Source: TPA_inf: Saccharomyces
Lineage: Eukaryota
DNA length: 64,000 bases
Assembly (NCBI GenBank): GCA_000146045.2
Contig: BK006938.2
Location: 1,467,934-1,531,933 of the forward strand
Reading direction: 5' to 3'
Below, piece after piece: positions 58,388-64,000 of this stretch. The notes beneath the pieces are model-generated. The model worked only from the letters and a program-made list of their open reading frames with translations, had not been told where the DNA came from and did no database searches. Each line of letters opens with the position of its first letter. The first letter of the stretch is position 1. Position numbers and translations under genes: made by a program.

Positions 58388-61300
58388 ATGAAAGTTTCCG
58401 ATAGGCGTAAGTTTGAAAAAGCAAACTTTGACGAGTTTGAGTCGGCTCTAAATAACAAAAACGACTTGGTACATTGTCCCTCAATAACTTTATTTGAATC
58501 GATCCCCACGGAAGTGCGGTCATTCTACGAAGACGAAAAGTCTGGCCTAATCAAAGTGGTAAAATTCAGAACTGGTGCAATGGATAGGAAAAGGTCTTTT
58601 GAAAAAATTGTCATTTCCGTCATGGTCGGGAAAAATGTACAAAAGTTCCTGACATTTGTTGAAGACGAACCAGATTTCCAGGGCGGACCAATCCCTTCAA
58701 AGTATCTTATTCCCAAGAAAATCAACTTGATGGTCTACACGTTGTTTCAAGTGCATACTTTGAAATTCAATAGAAAGGATTACGATACCCTTTCTCTTTT
58801 TTACCTCAACAGAGGATACTATAATGAGTTGAGTTTCCGTGTCCTGGAACGTTGTCACGAAATAGCGAGTGCCAGGCCGAACGACAGCTCTACGATGCGT
58901 ACTTTCACTGACTTTGTTTCTGGCGCACCTATTGTAAGGAGTCTTCAGAAAAGCACCATAAGGAAATATGGGTACAATTTGGCACCCTACATGTTCTTGT
59001 TACTACACGTAGATGAGCTATCGATTTTTTCTGCATACCAAGCAAGTTTACCTGGCGAAAAGAAAGTCGACACAGAGCGGCTGAAGCGTGATCTATGCCC
59101 ACGTAAACCCATTGAGATAAAGTACTTTTCACAGATATGTAACGATATGATGAACAAAAAAGACCGATTGGGTGATATTTTGCATATTATCTTGCGAGCA
59201 TGTGCGCTCAATTTCGGGGCGGGTCCCCGTGGTGGCGCTGGTGACGAAGAGGATCGATCTATTACGAATGAAGAACCCATTATTCCCTCTGTGGACGAGC
59301 ATGGCTTGAAAGTATGTAAGTTGCGTAGTCCTAACACTCCACGAAGACTCAGAAAAACACTAGATGCCGTGAAAGCTTTATTGGTGTCGTCTTGTGCTTG
59401 TACTGCAAGGGATTTAGATATATTTGATGACACCAACGGCGTTGCAATGTGGAAATGGATCAAAATTCTGTACCACGAAGTAGCGCAGGAAACCACGCTG
59501 AAGGACTCTTATAGAATAACTTTGGTACCTTCTTCTGATGGTATATCAGTATGTGGAAAACTTTTTAATCGCGAGTATGTCCGCGGCTTTTACTTTGCAT
59601 GCAAGGCTCAGTTCGATAACCTTTGGGGAGAGTTGAACAACTGCTTTTATATGCCTACAGTGGTTGATATTGCCAGCCTCATTTTGCGTAATCGAGAAGT
59701 TTTGTTCAGAGAGCCAAAGCGAGGAATTGACGAGTATCTGGAAAACGATTCTTTTCTTCAAATGATACCTGTTAAATATCGTGAAATTGTGCTGCCCAAG
59801 TTGAGAAGAGATACTAACAAAATGACCGCGGCTCTTAAAAATAAAGTCACTGTTGCAATTGACGAGCTTACGGTGCCACTTATGTGGATGGTCCATTTTG
59901 CCGTAGGATACCCTTACCGTTATCCAGAGCTTCAGCTACTCGCTTTTGCCGGTCCTCAGCGCAACGTATACGTCGATGATACAACAAGACGCATCCAACT
60001 GTACACTGATTACAACAAGAACGGTTCATCGGAGCCTCGACTTAAGACGCTTGACGGACTCACTTCAGATTACGTGTTTTATTTTGTCACTGTGCTAAGG
60101 CAAATGCAAATATGTGCGCTTGGTAACAGTTATGACGCTTTTAATCATGATCCTTGGATGGATGTGGTGGGATTTGAGGATCCAGATCAAGTAACAAATC
60201 GAGACATTTCGAGGATAGTTTTGTATTCCTACATGTTTCTGAATACCGCGAAGGGCTGTCTGGTTGAATACGCAACTTTTCGGCAGTACATGAGGGAACT
60301 TCCGAAGAATGCACCTCAGAAGCTGAATTTTCGGGAGATGCGTCAGGGGTTGATTGCCCTAGGACGGCACTGCGTAGGTAGCAGATTTGAAACAGATTTG
60401 TACGAGTCGGCGACGAGTGAACTCATGGCCAATCATTCCGTTCAAACAGGGCGAAATATTTACGGTGTGGATTCCTTTTCGTTAACTAGTGTCAGTGGGA
60501 CGACCGCCACTTTATTGCAGGAACGAGCTTCCGAGCGCTGGATTCAATGGTTAGGCCTTGAAAGCGACTACCATTGTTCATTCTCTAGTACTCGGAATGC
60601 GGAAGACGTAGTGGCAGGTGAGGCGGCGAGTTCAGATCATGATCAAAAAATTTCAAGAGTAACGCGAAAAAGGCCCCGAGAGCCCAAGAGTACAAACGAT
60701 ATCCTCGTCGCAGGCCAGAAACTCTTTGGCAGCTCCTTTGAATTCAGGGACTTGCATCAGTTGCGCTTATGTCATGAAATATACATGGCAGACACACCCT
60801 CTGTGGCAGTACAGGCCCCACCGGGCTATGGTAAGACGGAGTTATTTCATCTCCCCTTGATAGCACTGGCGTCTAAGGGCGACGTGAAATATGTGTCGTT
60901 TCTGTTTGTACCGTACACAGTGTTGCTTGCTAATTGCATGATCAGGTTGAGCCGATGCGGTTGCTTGAATGTGGCCCCTGTAAGAAACTTTATTGAAGAA
61001 GGTTGCGATGGCGTTACTGATTTATACGTGGGGATCTACGATGATCTTGCTAGCACTAATTTCACAGACAGGATAGCTGCGTGGGAGAATATTGTTGAGT
61101 GCACCTTTAGGACCAACAACGTAAAATTGGGTTACCTCATTGTAGATGAGTTTCACAACTTTGAAACGGAGGTCTACCGGCAGTCGCAATTTGGGGGCAT
61201 AACTAACCTTGATTTTGACGCTTTTGAGAAAGCAATCTTTTTGAGCGGCACAGCACCTGAGGCTGTAGCTGATGCTGCGTTGCAGCGTATTGGGCTTACG

Positions 61301-63778
61301 GGACTGGCCAAGAAGTCGATGGACATCAACGAGCTCAAACGGTCGGAAGATCTCAGCAGAGGTCTATCCAGCTATCCAACACGGATGTTTAATCTAATCA
61401 AGGAGAAATCCGAGGTGCCTTTAGGGCATGTTCATAAAATTTGGAAGAAAGTGGAATCACAGCCCGAAGAAGCACTGAAGCTTCTTTTAGCCCTCTTTGA
61501 AATTGAACCAGAGTCGAAGGCCATTGTAGTTGCAAGCACAACCAACGAAGTGGAAGAATTGGCCTGCTCTTGGAGAAAGTATTTTAGGGTGGTATGGATA
61601 CACGGGAAGCTGGGTGCTGCAGAAAAGGTGTCTCGCACAAAGGAGTTTGTCACTGACGGTAGCATGCGAGTTCTCATCGGAACGAAATTAGTGACTGAAG
61701 GAATTGACATTAAGCAATTGATGATGGTGATCATGCTTGATAATAGACTTAATATTATTGAGCTCATTCAAGGCGTAGGGAGACTAAGAGATGGGGGCCT
61801 CTGTTATCTATTATCTAGAAAAAACAGTTGGGCGGCAAGGAATCGTAAGGGTGAATTACCACCGATTAAGGAAGGCTGTATAACCGAACAGGTACGCGAG
61901 TTCTATGGACTTGAATCAAAGAAAGGAAAAAAGGGCCAGCATGTTGGATGCTGTGGCTCCAGGACAGACCTGTCTGCTGACACAGTGGAACTGATAGAAA
62001 GAATGGACAGATTGGCTGAAAAACAGGCGACAGCTTCCATGTCGATCATTGCGTTACCGTCTAGCTTCCAGGAGAGCAATAGCAGTGACAGGTGCAGAAA
62101 GTATTGCAGCAGTGATGAGGACAGCGACACGTGCATTCATGGTAGTGCTAATGCCAGTACCAATGCGACTACCAACTCCAGCACTAATGCTACTACCACT
62201 GCCAGCACCAACGTCAGGACTAGTGCTACTACCACTGCCAGCATCAACGTCAGGACTAGTGCGATTACCACTGAAAGTACCAACTCCAGCACTAATGCTA
62301 CTACCACTGCCAGCACCAACGTCAGGACTAGTGCTACTACCACTGCCAGCATCAACGTCAGGACTAGTGCGACTACCACTGAAAGTACCAACTCCAACAC
62401 TAGTGCTACTACCACCGAAAGTACCGACTCCAACACTAGTGCTACTACCACCGAAAGTACCGACTCCAACACTAGTGCTACTACCACTGCTAGCACCAAC
62501 TCCAGCACTAATGCCACTACCACTGCTAGCACCAACTCCAGCACTAATGCCACTACCACTGAAAGTACCAACGCTAGTGCCAAGGAGGACGCCAATAAAG
62601 ATGGCAATGCTGAGGATAATAGATTCCATCCAGTCACCGACATTAACAAAGAGTCGTATAAGCGGAAAGGGAGTCAAATGGTTTTGCTAGAGAGAAAGAA
62701 ACTGAAAGCACAATTTCCCAATACTTCCGAGAATATGAATGTCTTACAGTTTCTTGGATTTCGGTCTGACGAAATTAAACATCTTTTCCTCTATGGTATT
62801 GACGTATACTTCTGCCCAGAGGGAGTATTCACACAATACGGATTATGCAAGGGCTGTCAAAAGATGTTCGAGCTCTGTGTCTGTTGGGCTGGCCAGAAAG
62901 TATCGTATCGGAGGATGGCTTGGGAAGCACTAGCTGTGGAGAGAATGCTGCGAAATGACGAGGAATACAAAGAATACTTGGAAGACATCGAGCCATATCA
63001 TGGGGACCCTGTAGGATATTTGAAATATTTTAGCGTAAAAAGGGGAGAGATCTACTCTCAGATACAGAGAAATTATGCTTGGTACCTGGCCATTACTAGA
63101 AGAAGAGAAACAATTAGTGTATTGGATTCGACAAGAGGCAAGCAAGGGAGCCAAGTTTTCCGCATGTCTGGAAGGCAGATCAAAGAGTTGTATTATAAAG
63201 TATGGAGCAACTTGCGTGAATCGAAGACAGAGGTGCTGCAGTACTTTTTGAACTGGGACGAGAAAAAGTGCCGGGAAGAATGGGAGGCAAAAGACGATAC
63301 GGTCTTTGTGGAAGCGCTCGAGAAAGTTGGAGTTTTTCAGCGTTTGCGTTCCATGACGAGCGCTGGACTGCAGGGTCCGCAGTACGTCAAGCTGCAGTTT
63401 AGCAGGCATCATCGACAGTTGAGGAGCAGATATGAATTAAGTCTAGGAATGCACTTGCGAGATCAGCTTGCGCTGGGAGTTACCCCATCTAAAGTGCCGC
63501 ATTGGACGGCATTCCTGTCGATGCTGATAGGGCTGTTCTACAATAAAACATTTCGGCAGAAACTGGAATATCTTTTGGAGCAGATTTCGGAGGTGTGGTT
63601 GTTACCACATTGGCTTGATTTGGCAAACGTTGAAGTTCTCGCTGCAGATAACACGAGGGTACCGCTGTACATGCTGATGGTAGCGGTTCACAAAGAGCTG
63701 GATAGCGATGATGTTCCAGACGGTAGATTTGATATAATATTACTATGTAGAGATTCGAGCAGAGAAGTTGGAGAGTGA
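58388..63778 (+). CDS. YRF1-1: Y'-encoded DEAD/DExH-type helicase, 1796 aa
   Basis: A single 1796-aa ORF with Walker A-like [10 protein letters not shown], the DEFH box [10 protein letters not shown] and helicase C-terminal motifs ([12 protein letters not shown]), plus an internal Ser/Thr/Asn/Ala-rich 12-aa tandem repeat. Confidence 0.92.
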   Translation: MKVSDRRKFEKANFDEFESALNNKNDLVHCPSITLFESIPTEVRSFYEDEKSGLIKVVKFRTGAMDRKRSFEKIVISVMVGKNVQKFLTFVEDEPDFQGGPIPSKYLIPKKINLMVYTLFQVHTLKFNRKDYDTLSLFYLNRGYYNELSFRVLERCHEIASARPNDSSTMRTFTDFVSGAPIVRSLQKSTIRKYGYNLAPYMFLLLHVDELSIFSAYQASLPGEKKVDTERLKRDLCPRKPIEIKYFSQICNDMMNKKDRLGDILHIILRACALNFGAGPRGGAGDEEDRSITNEEPIIPSVDEHGLKVCKLRSPNTPRRLRKTLDAVKALLVSSCACTARDLDIFDDTNGVAMWKWIKILYHEVAQETTLKDSYRITLVPSSDGISVCGKLFNREYVRGFYFACKAQFDNLWGELNNCFYMPTVVDIASLILRNREVLFREPKRGIDEYLENDSFLQMIPVKYREIVLPKLRRDTNKMTAALKNKVTVAIDELTVPLMWMVHFAVGYPYRYPELQLLAFAGPQRNVYVDDTTRRIQLYTDYNKNGSSEPRLKTLDGLTSDYVFYFVTVLRQMQICALGNSYDAFNHDPWMDVVGFEDPDQVTNRDISRIVLYSYMFLNTAKGCLVEYATFRQYMRELPKNAPQKLNFREMRQGLIALGRHCVGSRFETDLYESATSELMANHSVQTGRNIYGVDSFSLTSVSGTTATLLQERASERWIQWLGLESDYHCSFSSTRNAEDVVAGEAASSDHDQKISRVTRKRPREPKSTNDILVAGQKLFGSSFEFRDLHQLRLCHEIYMADTPSVAVQAPPGYGKTELFHLPLIALASKGDVKYVSFLFVPYTVLLANCMIRLSRCGCLNVAPVRNFIEEGCDGVTDLYVGIYDDLASTNFTDRIAAWENIVECTFRTNNVKLGYLIVDEFHNFETEVYRQSQFGGITNLDFDAFEKAIFLSGTAPEAVADAALQRIGLTGLAKKSMDINELKRSEDLSRGLSSYPTRMFNLIKEKSEVPLGHVHKIWKKVESQPEEALKLLLALFEIEPESKAIVVASTTNEVEELACSWRKYFRVVWIHGKLGAAEKVSRTKEFVTDGSMRVLIGTKLVTEGIDIKQLMMVIMLDNRLNIIELIQGVGRLRDGGLCYLLSRKNSWAARNRKGELPPIKEGCITEQVREFYGLESKKGKKGQHVGCCGSRTDLSADTVELIERMDRLAEKQATASMSIIALPSSFQESNSSDRCRKYCSSDEDSDTCIHGSANASTNATTNSSTNATTTASTNVRTSATTTASINVRTSAITTESTNSSTNATTTASTNVRTSATTTASINVRTSATTTESTNSNTSATTTESTDSNTSATTTESTDSNTSATTTASTNSSTNATTTASTNSSTNATTTESTNASAKEDANKDGNAEDNRFHPVTDINKESYKRKGSQMVLLERKKLKAQFPNTSENMNVLQFLGFRSDEIKHLFLYGIDVYFCPEGVFTQYGLCKGCQKMFELCVCWAGQKVSYRRMAWEALAVERMLRNDEEYKEYLEDIEPYHGDPVGYLKYFSVKRGEIYSQIQRNYAWYLAITRRRETISVLDSTRGKQGSQVFRMSGRQIKELYYKVWSNLRESKTEVLQYFLNWDEKKCREEWEAKDDTVFVEALEKVGVFQRLRSMTSAGLQGPQYVKLQFSRHHRQLRSRYELSLGMHLRDQLALGVTPSKVPHWTAFLSMLIGLFYNKTFRQKLEYLLEQISEVWLLPHWLDLANVEVLAADNTRVPLYMLMVAVHKELDSDDVPDGRFDIILLCRDSSREVGE
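62150..62590 (+). repeat. 36-nt (12-aa) coding tandem repeat, ~12 copies, inside YRF1
   Basis: Repeating accaactccagcactaatgctactaccactgccagc / accaacgtcaggactagtgctactaccactgccagc variants encoding [26 protein letters not shown]... Confidence 0.9.
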
Positions 63779-63966
63779 AGGAAATTGTTGTTACGAAAGT
63801 CAGTGATTATGTATTGTGTAGTATAGTATATTGTAAGAAATTTTTTTTTCTAGGGAATATGCGTTTTGATGTAGTAGTATTTCACTGTTTTGATTTAGTG
63901 TTTGTTGCACGGCAGTAGCGAGAGACAAGTGGGAAAGAGTAGGATAAAAAGACAATCTATAAAAAG

Positions 63967-63977
63967 TAAACATAAAA
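63967..63977 (-). promoter_or_regulatory. ARS consensus (TTTTATGTTTA on the minus strand) near the distal end of Y'
   Basis: The + strand reads taaacataaaa; its reverse complement is an 11/11 ACS match. Y' elements are known to carry an ARS. Confidence 0.5.
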
Positions 63978-64000
63978 TAAAGGTAGTAAGTAGCTTTTGG

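Larger units (their letters stand above)
57536..64000 (+). repeat. Y' (long-class) subtelomeric element, truncated at the window end
   Basis: Begins right after the TG tract and contains the YRF1 helicase ORF. No terminal TG repeats are seen before position 64000. Confidence 0.85.

Noticed and set aside
62049-62690. Three 170-213-aa ORFs on both strands over the YRF1 repeat region
   Set aside because: Out-of-frame and antisense translations of the 36-nt tandem repeat in YRF1, not independent genes.

Overview
The window reads as the right-arm terminal ~64 kb of Saccharomyces cerevisiae chromosome IV, from the 5' end of the GNP1 permease gene through SMT3 to the X element, an internal telomeric tract and a long Y' element carrying a YRF1 helicase. 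I recognise 34 protein-coding genes from their translated sequences (YDR508C to YDR545W); the gene order matches what I recall for that locus. The centromere-proximal ~45 kb is densely packed with short intergenic spacers. The distal ~19 kb is subtelomeric: long AT-rich ORF-free stretches, a degenerate solo Ty1/Ty2 delta LTR, a PAU gene, then the X core, X repeats, TG1-3 tract and Y'. I found no tRNA, rRNA, CRISPR or Ty internal sequence. Several things are not explained by the protein-coding genes. A 2.1 kb gap after RBA50 looks like it holds a long H/ACA snoRNA on the minus strand (I believe snR84, but this rests partly on memory). A 4 x 25-bp tandem minisatellite sits in the FIT1/STL1 divergent spacer. 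Two adjacent CATTTGGC motifs lie upstream of STL1. A GC-rich island with a perfect 16-bp palindrome sits upstream of SNA2. FIT1 and YRF1 each contain in-frame coding minisatellites. Gene identities come from my own reading of the translations; no database search was possible.
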